Positions 7,340-17,055 are shown, counted from the stretch's first letter. The stretch is DNA of 41,092 nucleotides from Candidatus Bathyarchaeia archaeon (GCA_049512935.1 JBEKWR010000017.1:1-41092); one strand, 5' to 3'. A program made the numbers and translations. Notes: generated from the sequence alone by a model not told the origin.

Positions 7340-8863
7340 TCAGGCTTGTTTCGCATGCGGGTTCCGTGATGAGCCTTTTTCTTTTGCCTTTACTCTAACC
7401 CTGAACACAGCCACCGCTACCGCAGCGATTGCCAAGCCAGCCACCGCCTCATAAGATACCGCGAGCAAGCTTGATTTAGGCGTAGGGTTTGGCTTTGGCG
7501 TTCCTACGGCGATTGGGGTTCCTGTCAAGGCTGACGCGGGCATGGTGGCGGACACCGTGTCGGGCGCGGTGAACGTGGTGGCAGCTGAAACCCAAGCGCT
7601 CCCATTCCAGTATTCCATGGCACTGGAGTTGGAAAAGCTTAGATTAGAGATATTCACCGCTGCGGTTACATTTGAGCTTAAAGCACCGTTAAACGACACG
7701 ATGCTAACGCTGTAGAAGACAGCTCCATTAACCGAAACAGCGCTAGTTTCCAAGGGCTGGTTGCCGCCATAATAAGTTGAAGTGACGTTTACTACTGTTC
7801 CATGCAGCGATGAACCGCTGACGGTAACGTTGACGCCTGAAGTTGCCGACATATCTACAATAACAGAATTACTGCTTGCCGTCTCCACATTTGGTGAATC
7901 CGAGATTACAAAGATCGTGTAAAAATTAGATACGAACAATTCCCCCCTAGCAGAATCGTAAACTGCGATAGATCCGCCGATTCCGTGGGCTGTCGTCGAA
8001 TTCACCGTGTTTGTGCTGTCTGAAATAACTAAAACAGTACCGGATTCATAGTCGTTTACGAACATTGCGTTTTTGCTCGGATCATAAGCCAAAAATCCAG
8101 GCATGCCATTGATTGGTATGGTTGCAACCACAGTATCTGCGCTGTCTGATATGACTGATACCGTGTTGGATCCGGCATTAGATATGAAGATTTCTTCTCT
8201 CCCAGGATCATAAGCTAGGCATCCTGGAAGATCTCCCACAGCTATGATTGCGACCACACTGTTTGTGATATCCGATATTGCCCAGACCTTATCTTCAAGG
8301 GCATTGGTTACAAATAATTCGCTTTTGCCAGAATCATAAGTTATTTCTTCTGGAGAAGCTCCTAAGTATAATTTTGTGACTACGCTGTTCGTGGTGTCCG
8401 ATATTGCCAATACCGAGGAAGTGCCAATGTTGACTACGAATATTTCACCTTTGCCTGAGTCATAAACTAAACCTCCGGGACCGCCGTCCATCGGTATGGT
8501 TGCAACAACCGTGTTTGTGCTATCTGATATGACCAAGATTTGGCTATCCCACCAGTCGGTTACGAATATTTCACCTTTCTCAGAATCATAAGCCAAGTTG
8601 GTGGGATCGGTCCCCGCGTTCACGGTTGCAACCACAGTATTATTGATGTCAGATATGACCGAGACCGTACCAGAAAAACCATTTGCTTCGAATACTTCAT
8701 TCTTACCAGAATCATAAGCTAGGCCGTCGAGGTTTCCTTCCGGTTTTCCTCTCACCTGAATTTTTGCGATTACTCCGATCGCGTGGGCTGTGTTAGCTTC
8801 TGATGCGACAAGAAATAGCGTGATTAGGATTGAGGCAAGAAAGATTTTAGCAGAGTTCTTCAT
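7340..8863 (-). CDS. YncE/YVTN-like beta-propeller surface protein with C-terminal beta-rich domain and TM anchor
   Basis: Signal peptide; repeats AYDSGKGEIFVTN..VSVISDSTNTVVATI; C-terminal TM + basic tail. Confidence 0.9.
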   Translation of the reverse strand: MKNSAKIFLASILITLFLVASEANTAHAIGVIAKIQVRGKPEGNLDGLAYDSGKNEVFEANGFSGTVSVISDINNTVVATVNAGTDPTNLAYDSEKGEIFVTDWWDSQILVISDSTNTVVATIPMDGGPGGLVYDSGKGEIFVVNIGTSSVLAISDTTNSVVTKLYLGASPEEITYDSGKSELFVTNALEDKVWAISDITNSVVAIIAVGDLPGCLAYDPGREEIFISNAGSNTVSVISDSADTVVATIPINGMPGFLAYDPSKNAMFVNDYESGTVLVISDSTNTVNSTTAHGIGGSIAVYDSARGELFVSNFYTIFVISDSPNVETASSNSVIVDMSATSGVNVTVSGSSLHGTVVNVTSTYYGGNQPLETSAVSVNGAVFYSVSIVSFNGALSSNVTAAVNISNLSFSNSSAMEYWNGSAWVSAATTFTAPDTVSATMPASALTGTPIAVGTPKPNPTPKSSLLAVSYEAVAGLAIAAVAVAVFRVRVKAKEKGSSRNPHAKQA

Positions 8864-8900
8864 GAGAGTTGTTGAGACGCCGTTTGCCCTTTAAGCTTTC

Positions 8901-8954
8901 TAGTCAAGGAACCTTGACTAAGACCGAACTGGGTTTAGTCAAGAATTCTTGACT
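8901..8954. promoter_or_regulatory. twin palindromic boxes AGTCAAG-N4-CTTGACT in a divergent promoter
   Basis: TAGTCAAGGAACCTTGACTA (8901-20) and AGTCAAGAATTCTTGACT (8937-54); each abuts a BRE/TATA (GAAAGCTTAAAG on -, GAAAACCTTTAAAG on +). Confidence 0.85.
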
Positions 8955-9026
8955 GAAAACCTTTAAAGAACCACGCAGAATCTATTCTTGGGTGCCTGAA
9001 CCCATTAAAAACGGTGTGGCAAAGAA

Positions 9027-10496
9027 ATGGCGAGAATCATGGGGCTTAAGGTCGTTTGGATCGTTTCAATGGTGTTGATGGTAATTCTTGCTTTGTCGGC
9101 GGTTAACGGAGTTGTTCGTGCCATCGGAGTTACAGGAACTATAACCCTTGGAGGCTTCGGACCAGTTTATGATTCGGGCAAAGGCGAGATATTCTTAAAC
9201 TCTGGCGACCAAACTCTTGTTATATCTGACAGCACCAACAAGGTAATTGCAAGTATAGATACCGGTAGCGAAACCGGTTGCGGCATGGCATACGATTCTG
9301 GCAAGGATGAAATATTCCAGAGCGTGGCGGTTAATCCCGGTGTCTCGTCCGCCATCAATGTAATATCGGACAGCACCAACGGCGTGGTTACAACCATACC
9401 TATAGGATTTTATGCAGGCGCCATGACTTACGACTCAGGAAAGAACGAGATATTCGTAGCCTATGCCCCATCTCAATTACCTGAGGGTAACAACTCTATC
9501 TGGGTCATATCGGACACCAATAACTCAGTGGTTGCAAAAATACCTATACCTTATGCTCCCTCCGATATAGTCTACGATTCAGGCAAAGGCGAAATATTCA
9601 CGGCCAACAACGGCGGGTACGGCGGTGACTCAGTTACAGTAATATCAGACAGCAACAACACGGTAGTCGCAAACATAATCGTTGGCGCTGACCCAGAATG
9701 CCTCACGTATGATTCAGGCAAAGGCGAAGTATTCGTCACAGACTACGGCGACAACACAGTTGGGGTAATATCAGACGCGACAGACTCGGTAGTGGCATAT
9801 GTGACCGTGGGATACTACGCCATGGGCATAGCTTATGATTCCGGCAGGGGCGAAATATACGTTGGCGTGTGCAACTCCACCGTTGCCGACGGTTACGTGT
9901 CAGTTATATCGGACACCAACAACACCGTAATCGCGACAATACTTCACATGCCATGCCCATGCACCATAGCCTACGACTCTGGCGAAAGCGAACTCTTCGT
10001 AAGATTGCCGCTCAGCGATAAAATAGATGTAATATCGGACTGCCCCAGCTTGACGTCGCCCGCGATCTCCGCCGCCTCCACAAGCATACTGCAGGGACAA
10101 ACCTCGACGCTAACACTTGCTCCGCTGACAACCGGCACCCCGCCATACACTTACCAATGGCTTGCTGAAGCCCCCAACGCAACCGCTTACACAACCATTG
10201 ACAACGCAACCCTGCCCAGCTACAACTTCACAACCTCAACTTCAACAGCGGCCGGGAACTGGACGTTCATGCTGCAGGTCACCGACGCCACCGGAGCAAC
10301 CGTGAACTCCACAGCCACTCAAATAACTGTTAATGTGCCGCCGCCTCCGCTTCCTGCCAAAAACATAAGCGAGTTAGGCATAAAAGATTTGGGAGCTGCT
10401 GCTGTCGCGATAATCCTTGCAGCCGCTGTTACTACGGTGCTATTGTTAAGGAAAAAGGGAACAGAAAAACGGAAAACAATGCAAAATCAAATTTGA
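9027..10496 (+). CDS. YncE/YVTN-like beta-propeller surface protein with Ig-like domain and TM anchor
   Basis: YDSGKGEIF repeats, TGTPPYTYQW Ig/PKD-like module, C-terminal TM + RKK. Confidence 0.9.
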   Translation: MARIMGLKVVWIVSMVLMVILALSAVNGVVRAIGVTGTITLGGFGPVYDSGKGEIFLNSGDQTLVISDSTNKVIASIDTGSETGCGMAYDSGKDEIFQSVAVNPGVSSAINVISDSTNGVVTTIPIGFYAGAMTYDSGKNEIFVAYAPSQLPEGNNSIWVISDTNNSVVAKIPIPYAPSDIVYDSGKGEIFTANNGGYGGDSVTVISDSNNTVVANIIVGADPECLTYDSGKGEVFVTDYGDNTVGVISDATDSVVAYVTVGYYAMGIAYDSGRGEIYVGVCNSTVADGYVSVISDTNNTVIATILHMPCPCTIAYDSGESELFVRLPLSDKIDVISDCPSLTSPAISAASTSILQGQTSTLTLAPLTTGTPPYTYQWLAEAPNATAYTTIDNATLPSYNFTTSTSTAAGNWTFMLQVTDATGATVNSTATQITVNVPPPPLPAKNISELGIKDLGAAAVAIILAAAVTTVLLLRKKGTEKRKTMQNQI

Positions 10497-10499
10497 CCC

Positions 10500-10586
10500 A
10501 TGTCCTGTGAAGCAAACATCGGGTTTACGGCTGTTTTTGCTTCTGTTGCCATCGCTGTTTTAGTTTGGGTGTTAAAACGGGCATAA
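10500..10586 (+). pseudogene. orphan membrane-anchor fragment (28 aa)
   Basis: MSCEANIGFTAVFASVAIAVLVWVLKRA*; resembles the anchor of 7340-8863 (VSYEAVAGLAIAAVAVAV). Confidence 0.35.
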
Positions 10587-10863
10587 AGATGTGAATTTCA
10601 TTAGAAGATTTGTCTGATTTAATAAAGAAAAGCCCTCTTGCACCGGAAAGAAGTCTTGTGTTCTATAGACGAGATAATTATCGAAGCAGGCATTTACACG
10701 ATAGAGCGATACTTCAAACTGTATGCGAGAAGTACCTTCGCGAGTAAATTACCGCATTTCCTTGACTGATGCGACTTTCCTTGTTGACGCCATGCATGCG
10801 GGCATTGTCGAGTACGGGCCGCACATTTCAAGAAACCTGACTAAAGCTGAATTGCGTGCCTGA

Positions 10864-10971
10864 ATTGCCCAATTCAACCCCTTCGCCTTCATCGCGGTTG
10901 CCTTGGTTGCTGCCGCAGTTTCACTCGAACTCTGCTTACTAATCTATTCAAGAAAACGAAACAGAGTTTAG
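10864..10971 (+). pseudogene. orphan membrane-anchor fragment
   Basis: Start-less frame IAQFNPFAFIAVALVAAAVSLELCLLIYSRKRNRV* (TM + basic tail). Confidence 0.4.
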
Positions 10972-11873
10972 CTGACGGCGAATGTGAAGGAGCAAGTGAA
11001 CGGGTAGGAACCCAATGTTGCGTTGGTTTTCACCTGGTAAGTGCCAGCGCTCATGCTGGGGGCGGCGGTTATCGTCAACGCATACATGTTTCCCGAAGTG
11101 TAGCCGAAAACGATGTTGGTCGGCGTGGCGGAAAACTGGGCGGTCAAACCCGCTGCAGGCGAGGCGCTGAGGCTTAAGGCATCCTGTGTGAGGCATCCGA
11201 AAATGACGATTGAGCTTTGTCCCGGAGCCAAGCTGACGGTTGGCGTAACGGGCAAGATGGTAGGTTCCTGAGTTTGGGAAAGTTCCTGTTCATTAACGAG
11301 GATGAGACAGGACGGAGTGAAGTTTGAAACTAGCAACGCTGGCATGCATATTGGTCCTCCCCCGATGTATGGAGCACTATCTTGCCTGTTTGTCTGAACA
11401 CCGATTGTAGGCAGGTAGAACACTGAACTTGCATCTTTGTCAGCCGTTACAGTCAGAGTGCACGTTACTTGCTGCCTAGGGTTGACGGTGAAGTTTGCAG
11501 GCGAAACATTGAACTGCACACCTTGCGCCGCTGCACTTTTTGAGCCTGAGTAAACGCTCAACGACGCGGTAAAAGAAACGTTGGCACTGGAGTACACGGT
11601 GAACGGAATAGTGCCAGTTCCGCCAAGCGAAAGGACAAGCAGGGTGGAGGTGTTTGGTCCTGCGGCTAAGGTTGAAGAGATGAACCCTGCAGCGGAGGTT
11701 AATTCAATGTTGGACAAGACAGGCGTTTCATAAGAGGTCCCAGCTGACGTTTTTGGTGCGGCACCCGTGGAGGAAGCGTGAAATTCTGAAGCCACGATGA
11801 CTGCTAAAACCGAAACGATCATCACTGCAGCAACAACCAGTGCAATAGTGATTTTCTTCCTCTTTCCGCTCAT
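10968..11873 (-). CDS. membrane-anchored Ig-like/beta-sandwich surface protein, paralogue B
   Basis: N-terminal KRKK + TM; FNVSPANFTVNP shared with 11959-12972; start MSGKRKK chosen by paralogue alignment. Confidence 0.85.
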   Translation of the reverse strand: MSGKRKKITIALVVAAVMIVSVLAVIVASEFHASSTGAAPKTSAGTSYETPVLSNIELTSAAGFISSTLAAGPNTSTLLVLSLGGTGTIPFTVYSSANVSFTASLSVYSGSKSAAAQGVQFNVSPANFTVNPRQQVTCTLTVTADKDASSVFYLPTIGVQTNRQDSAPYIGGGPICMPALLVSNFTPSCLILVNEQELSQTQEPTILPVTPTVSLAPGQSSIVIFGCLTQDALSLSASPAAGLTAQFSATPTNIVFGYTSGNMYALTITAAPSMSAGTYQVKTNATLGSYPFTCSFTFAVS

Positions 11874-11929
11874 GATGCACCCCAACCCTTCTATGCGGAC
11901 CCATGCCCCATGATTAATGGGTTAACCAT

Positions 11930-11945
11930 CCTTTTAAGACTAAGC
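11930..11945 (-). promoter_or_regulatory. duplicated promoter core
   Basis: CCTTTTAAGACTAAGC identical to 13025-13040; both lie upstream of the two paralogues. Confidence 0.7.
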
Positions 11946-11958
11946 ATAAAAAAGGGAG

Positions 11959-12972
11959 TTAGCCAACTGCGAACGTAATTGTCCAATCGAACAGGTGGGA
12001 ACCCAAACTTGCTTGGCCTTTCACTTGGTAAGTGCCTGCGACAAGGCTAAGGCTTGCAGTCACGTTAACTGAATACATGCTTCCCGTGCCGCCCCAAACT
12101 ATATCCATCGGCGTCGGCGAAAACTGGCAGGTCATCCCCTGCGACGTCGTCAAGTTCATGGTTAATTGGTCGGGTTTAGCCACGCTTAACTGTCCTGTTG
12201 CATTGAATGAACCAATTGAGAAGCAGCCGAAAAAGACTGTTGTCGTTTGCCCAGGCGAGAGATGGATTGTTGAAACATTGGGCAGCTGGTACGGGGCAGG
12301 AACGAACAGGGGCCATGTCGCGGGCTCACCTGGTGAAGGCGTGTTCATAACCAAGTTCGACGTGGGAATCTGCTGCTCGTTCACGATGTAAAGGCAGGCT
12401 GGAACATAGTTGGAAATCAGCAATGACGGTATAGCTACGGGTCCTCCTCCAACGTAGGGGTCGCCGGTTGCACTGCTTTGCCTGTTGGTTTCTATAGCAA
12501 TCAGGGGCGAATAGTACGCTTGGGGTGCATCTTGATCCACTGTAATGGTTAAGGTTGAAGTTACTTGCTGCCCCGGGTTAACGGTGAAGTTTGCTGGAGA
12601 AATGTTGAAGTGGACGCCGTTGGCGGTTTCGTTTTCTGACCCGAGGTACATGCTCAATGAAACAGTGAAGGACACGTTGACTGGCGATGACAAAGTGAAA
12701 GGTATCGTACCTCCGCCGCCAGGAGGCAGCACAACCATGGGTGAACTGTTTTCCCCAGCCACCATAAACGAGGAGCCAAAGCCCTGGGACACGTTTAATT
12801 CAACATTGGACAGGACAGGCCACAGCATCGGTGTCATCGGGGGTGTAGGCGTCTGCGAGTTGGGTAAAAAAGCGAAATCGTGAATTTCAGCGAAGACAAG
12901 AAGCGTTAAGACCGAGGCTACTAGCAAGAGAGCGATAGCTGCAAGAACAATTTTCTTCTTCTTTTCGCTCAA
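11959..12972 (-). CDS. membrane-anchored Ig-like/beta-sandwich surface protein, paralogue A
   Basis: MSEKKKK + TM; VLSNVEL, GTIPFT and GTYQVK shared with paralogue B. Confidence 0.85.
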   Translation of the reverse strand: MSEKKKKIVLAAIALLLVASVLTLLVFAEIHDFAFLPNSQTPTPPMTPMLWPVLSNVELNVSQGFGSSFMVAGENSSPMVVLPPGGGGTIPFTLSSPVNVSFTVSLSMYLGSENETANGVHFNISPANFTVNPGQQVTSTLTITVDQDAPQAYYSPLIAIETNRQSSATGDPYVGGGPVAIPSLLISNYVPACLYIVNEQQIPTSNLVMNTPSPGEPATWPLFVPAPYQLPNVSTIHLSPGQTTTVFFGCFSIGSFNATGQLSVAKPDQLTMNLTTSQGMTCQFSPTPMDIVWGGTGSMYSVNVTASLSLVAGTYQVKGQASLGSHLFDWTITFAVG

Positions 12973-13024
12973 GATTCAACCCTGCCTATGCTTCTCAAGG
13001 ATGTATTCTTATTTGGCGAATTGC

Positions 13025-13040
13025 CCTTTTAAGACTAAGC
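13025..13040 (-). promoter_or_regulatory. duplicated promoter core
   Basis: Identical 16-mer to 11930-11945, containing TATA-like CTTAAAAG on the - strand. Confidence 0.7.
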
Positions 13041-13090
13041 TTTAGAAACGCTGTTTCACAGCTTAGAACAGTTCATGCAATTTTGCAGTG

Positions 13091-13123
13091 GGAAAAGAAA
13101 AGAAAGACAAAATGAAAAAGGGG
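13091..13123 (-). terminator. T-rich archaeal terminator after dnaK
   Basis: - strand CCCTTTTTCATTTTGTCTTTCTTTTCTTTTCC just after the stop codon. Confidence 0.6.
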
Positions 13124-13138
13124 AGCCGTCGACTGCGG

Positions 13139-15055
13139 CTATTTGACTTTGTAGTCTTCTGAATCCACGACTTTTTCTTCGCCTGGACCTTCTTGCTCAC
13201 CTGTTGGCGGCATTTGTGATCCCTGACCTTCGCCAGGCGGCGCTTGACCGGGCTGCTGTTGTTGTCCTTGCTGCTTCGCGTATTCTTGGGCTGCTTGCTG
13301 GTAAACCTTTGTTCCAACTTCCTGCAGTACCTTCTGGAGTACGTCGGATTTTGCTTTCACCTGTGCCATGTCGTTGCTTGCCAACGCGTTTTTGAGTTCC
13401 GTTACGGCTGCATCGATTTTTCCCGTTTCTTCCTGAGAGATTTTTCCCGCCAAGTCAGTTTTTGTCCGCTCCGCCGTGTAGACTAAGCTGTCAGCGTTGT
13501 TGCGCAATTCAGCTTCTTCTCTTTTCTTTTTGTCCTGCTCTGCGTATTGGTCAGCATCTTTGATTAAACGCTCCTTTTCTTCTTTGGACAGCTTGGTGGA
13601 CGCGGTGATTCGTATTTTTGATTCTTTTCCTGTGCCTAAGTCCTTGGCTGTTACGTTCATTATGCCGTTGGCGTCAATGTCGAATGTTACTTCTATCTGG
13701 GGGACGCCTCGCGGTGCTGGCGGCAAATCTACAAGGTTAAACATGCCGAGTGACACGTTGTCCCCTGCCATTGCGCGTTCGCCCTGCAATACGTGGATGG
13801 TGACTGCTGTTTGGAAGTCTGCTGCTGTGGTGAAGATTTGGCTGCGTTTGGTGGGTATGGTGGTGTTTTTCTCCATGACTTTGGTTGCGACGCCGCCCAT
13901 GGTTTCTACGCCGAGGCTCAGCGGGGTCACGTCGAGCAACAATAGGTCGGTGACTTCTCCTGAAACGACTCCGCCTTGGATGGCTGCGCCGATGGCTACG
14001 CTCTCCATGGGGTCTATGCCGCGCTCCGGTGATTTGCCGACGATTTGCTCAACAAACCGTTGCACGAGGGGCATTCGGGTCATGCCGCCGATGAGGATGA
14101 TTTTGTCGATTTGCTGTGGCGTAAGCTTCGCGTCTTCAAGCGCTTTCAGGATTGTCGGTTGGGTTCGCCGCACAATCGGCTCTGCTAAAGACTCAAGTTT
14201 CGTCCTTGTCAGCGTGAGAGTGAGGTGTTTTGCTCCACTGGCGTCTGCGGTGATGAAGGGCAAGTTGATATCCGTGCTCATGAGCGTTGAGAGTTCGATT
14301 TTCGCTTTTTCCGCAGCATCCTTCAACCTGGACATTGCCGCTTTGTCAGATGACAGGTCGATGCCGTTTTGCCGTTTGAATTCGCCCAATATATAGTCCA
14401 TGACTGCTTTGTCAACGTCTGTTCCGCCGAGCTGCGTGTCGCCGCTGGTGCTGAGCACCTCGAAGACTCCCTTGCCGAAGTCCATGACGGTTACATCGTG
14501 GGTTCCGCCGCCGAAGCTGAAGATAAGGATCTTCATTTCCTGCGCCACCTTGTCAATGCCGTAGGCGAGGCACGCCGCAGTGGGCTCGTTGATAATCCTC
14601 ATCACTTGGAAACCCGCGATTTCTCCCGCGTCTTTAGTGGCTTGCCGTTGGTTATCGTTGAAGTGTGCTGGAACGGTGATGACTGCTTTGCTAATGCTGC
14701 CGCCGAGATAGTTTTCCGCGTCCTTCTTGATTTTCTGAAGAATGAACGCTGAAATCTGCTGTGGACTGTACTCTTTTCCGTAGATGTTTACTTTGTAGTC
14801 GCTTCCCATCTTCCGTTTTATCTCAAAAACGGTTCCTTCCGGGTTGGTGGTGGCTTGCCGCTTCGCGGATTCACCGACCAGCAGTTGCCCGTCTTTTGTG
14901 AAGGCTACGACTGAAGGGAACATTTTTCCAGCCATTGTCGGGCCTTCAGCACTTGGAATAACAGTGGCGTGTCCGCCTTCGTAGATGGCGGCTGCTGAAT
15001 TTGTTGTTCCCAAATCGATTCCTAATACTTTTTCATTTGTTTTTTGGTTACTCAA
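13139..15055 (-). CDS. dnaK: chaperone DnaK (Hsp70)
   Basis: [44 protein letters not shown]; TTG start overlaps the grpE stop. Confidence 0.98.
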   Translation of the reverse strand: MSNQKTNEKVLGIDLGTTNSAAAIYEGGHATVIPSAEGPTMAGKMFPSVVAFTKDGQLLVGESAKRQATTNPEGTVFEIKRKMGSDYKVNIYGKEYSPQQISAFILQKIKKDAENYLGGSISKAVITVPAHFNDNQRQATKDAGEIAGFQVMRIINEPTAACLAYGIDKVAQEMKILIFSFGGGTHDVTVMDFGKGVFEVLSTSGDTQLGGTDVDKAVMDYILGEFKRQNGIDLSSDKAAMSRLKDAAEKAKIELSTLMSTDINLPFITADASGAKHLTLTLTRTKLESLAEPIVRRTQPTILKALEDAKLTPQQIDKIILIGGMTRMPLVQRFVEQIVGKSPERGIDPMESVAIGAAIQGGVVSGEVTDLLLLDVTPLSLGVETMGGVATKVMEKNTTIPTKRSQIFTTAADFQTAVTIHVLQGERAMAGDNVSLGMFNLVDLPPAPRGVPQIEVTFDIDANGIMNVTAKDLGTGKESKIRITASTKLSKEEKERLIKDADQYAEQDKKKREEAELRNNADSLVYTAERTKTDLAGKISQEETGKIDAAVTELKNALASNDMAQVKAKSDVLQKVLQEVGTKVYQQAAQEYAKQQGQQQQPGQAPPGEGQGSQMPPTGEQEGPGEEKVVDSEDYKVK

Positions 15056-15585
15056 TTTGTTTTTTCCTCCGTTTTATTACTTTGATTGTTTGTTTTTTTG
15101 ACTGCTACCTTGACGATGGTGGGTCTGATGACCTTGCCCTTCATCATGTAGCCTTTCCTTATTTCCTCAAAGACCGTGCCGTCGGCAACATCACCGTTTT
15201 CCACGGCGACTACGGCGTGATGTTTGGCTGGGTCAAAAACTTTGCCTTCAGGGTTCTCAATTGCAGAGACGCCTTCTTGCTCAAGAACTTTTCTGAGCTT
15301 CTTCAGCGTCATCTCGACGCCTTCCAACAGGGCTTCAGGCGATGTTGAGATTTCACCGTTTTTGACCGCTAACTCCAACTCATCTACCACGTCCAAGAGT
15401 CCGATGACTAAGTGTTCGGTGCAGTGGTTTTTGATTTGTTCCGCTTCACGTTCTGAACGTTTCTTGAAGTTTTCAAGGTCCGCCTGCATGTAACGTAGCC
15501 TAGTCAAGTAGTCTTCGGAACGTTTCTTTTCGCATTCAAGTTGCCCCTCAAAATCAGGTGGCTGTGGCTGCTTGTCTTCGACCAT
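15052..15585 (-). CDS. grpE: nucleotide exchange factor GrpE
   Basis: [37 protein letters not shown]; start 15585 or 15606. Confidence 0.96.
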   Translation of the reverse strand: MVEDKQPQPPDFEGQLECEKKRSEDYLTRLRYMQADLENFKKRSEREAEQIKNHCTEHLVIGLLDVVDELELAVKNGEISTSPEALLEGVEMTLKKLRKVLEQEGVSAIENPEGKVFDPAKHHAVVAVENGDVADGTVFEEIRKGYMMKGKVIRPTIVKVAVKKTNNQSNKTEEKTN

Positions 15586-15614
15586 TTTCAGACTTATCCT
15601 CTGCATGTTCTATT

Positions 15615-16013
15615 TTAGGCGATGTATTTTTCCTTTTTTGTCTCTTTAGCCTTTGGTTGTTCTGCAGGCAGCTCGGGGGTTTGGTACTTCTGGATTTCGT
15701 TGCAAGTCGCGACTAGTTTTCGGAATATTATTTCTGCTACTTGGTCTCCGACGGCTTCTTCTTTGAGTTCGGCGTCGAAGAAGTGTTTCTTGAAGGATTC
15801 AATTATCTCGTTTTTGTCGATGACTACGTTGAGGTTTTCGCTGTCTGTCCATGCTTGAGACATTAGTTTATGACCTAATTCTATGAATATGTTGACCATT
15901 GTTGTGTAGTCGATATCAAAGGGCGCGTCTCCGGTTAGGAATCGTCCCTTTGCAAGCAGGATTCTCTTGTCGTTTTCAGGGGTTACTGTTAAGCTTCTGC
16001 GCATATGATTCAC
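15615..16013 (-). CDS. hypothetical protein leading the grpE-dnaK operon
   Basis: 132-aa ORF ending just upstream of grpE; N-terminus RRSLTVTPENDKRI loosely RHH-like. Confidence 0.75.
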   Translation of the reverse strand: MNHMRRSLTVTPENDKRILLAKGRFLTGDAPFDIDYTTMVNIFIELGHKLMSQAWTDSENLNVVIDKNEIIESFKKHFFDAELKEEAVGDQVAEIIFRKLVATCNEIQKYQTPELPAEQPKAKETKKEKYIA

Positions 16014-16399
16014 CTACGCTTATGCTCTTCTGCACCGCTTCACCTTAAGCGCATCTGTGCATGCTCCCTTATAAGGTTTCTGCTGCCAGAAGCATAAAAA
16101 TGCATCCACAAACCGAATTCTGCGCCATTCAACCGCCTGACCCACGACACTCTCCTTGCACTACATTTTTAGGCATGATAATGAAACCTCAAAGCTGCTA
16201 AGAACGGCTGATGCAATGGAACTGGCTTGTAGTTCAACCCCCGGTGCATCTTTGATGGGCACAATTACCCAAAAATTGAATCTGACGCTTTATTTTTCTG
16301 GTTGCCTGAAAAGCAAGCAAGCGGTATGACGCCATTAAATTTTTATGTGATTAAACGTTGAGAAGAATTGCGGGTTGAAAAGGAATAGAGGCTAACCTG

Positions 16400-16458
16400 A
16401 AGGCAAGCGAATAAATTCGGGAAGAGAGAGAGGGGGGAAGAATCAGTCCGCCTGCCTT
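16400..16458 (-). ncRNA. candidate small RNA hairpin with all-pyrimidine loop
   Basis: - strand AAGGCAGGCGGA-CU-GAUUC-[UUCCCCCCUCUCUCUCUUCCC]-GAAUU-UA-UUCGCUUGCCUU; TTATAAAT box at 16477-84 upstream. Confidence 0.45.
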
Positions 16459-16612
16459 TAAGTTAACCACTTTGATATTTATAACATGCCTCTTGAATCA
16501 TAAATAATGATGTGACTGTGCTCAAACTACAACAAATTTTCGGCACGGAAATTCAGGGCTTCCGCTTCGCACAAACTGTCCTTTCGACTTGTGTTTCGCG
16601 GCGCCAAAAGCT

Positions 16613-16978
16613 CTATTTACCATGCACGTTGAAAATCTCTTTCGATATCAAGAAAAGAATACTGCGCATTTTTTTAGATTCTTGTATTGTTTGAACTACT
16701 GTTTCTCCTCTGAGCGTCAACTTGCAAATTCTTTTTCTTCCAACAGCCCTGCATTCAACAAGTCCTTGTCGTTCTAGCGAATAGAGGTTTGAGTACAGAG
16801 TGCCAGGGCTTACAGAAAGGTTAAGGTCCTTATTCAGTTCCAAGAGGAGATCGTAGCCGCTTGATTGCTCTTTTTTCAGGCGAGAGAGTATTATTCCACT
16901 AAGATAAGCTGTTATAATTTTTTCCTGTGCCTTCTTGAGCGCCCGTTCTTCTAACCTTCGGTTTTCTAAAGAAAGCAT
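16613..16978 (-). CDS. PadR-family transcriptional regulator (paralogue 1)
   Basis: SGYDLL...SPGTLYSNLYSLERQGLV...RKRICKLT. Confidence 0.9.
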   Translation of the reverse strand: MLSLENRRLEERALKKAQEKIITAYLSGIILSRLKKEQSSGYDLLLELNKDLNLSVSPGTLYSNLYSLERQGLVECRAVGRKRICKLTLRGETVVQTIQESKKMRSILFLISKEIFNVHGK

Positions 16979-17031
16979 TTTTCTCTACAACTCTCAAGAT
17001 TTGATAGGCGCTAACTTGCTATTTAATGGTT

Positions 17032-17055
17032 TATTCCCATTCGGAATATGACTAA
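17032..17055 (-). promoter_or_regulatory. conserved box upstream of padR1
   Basis: TATTCC-N5-GGAATA-TGACTAA; GGAATA 65 nt from the start codon. Confidence 0.65.

Noticed and set aside
7020-7454. ORFs 7020-7454 (+) and 7130-7330 (-)
   Set aside because: Low-complexity translations of repeat-rich intergenic DNA
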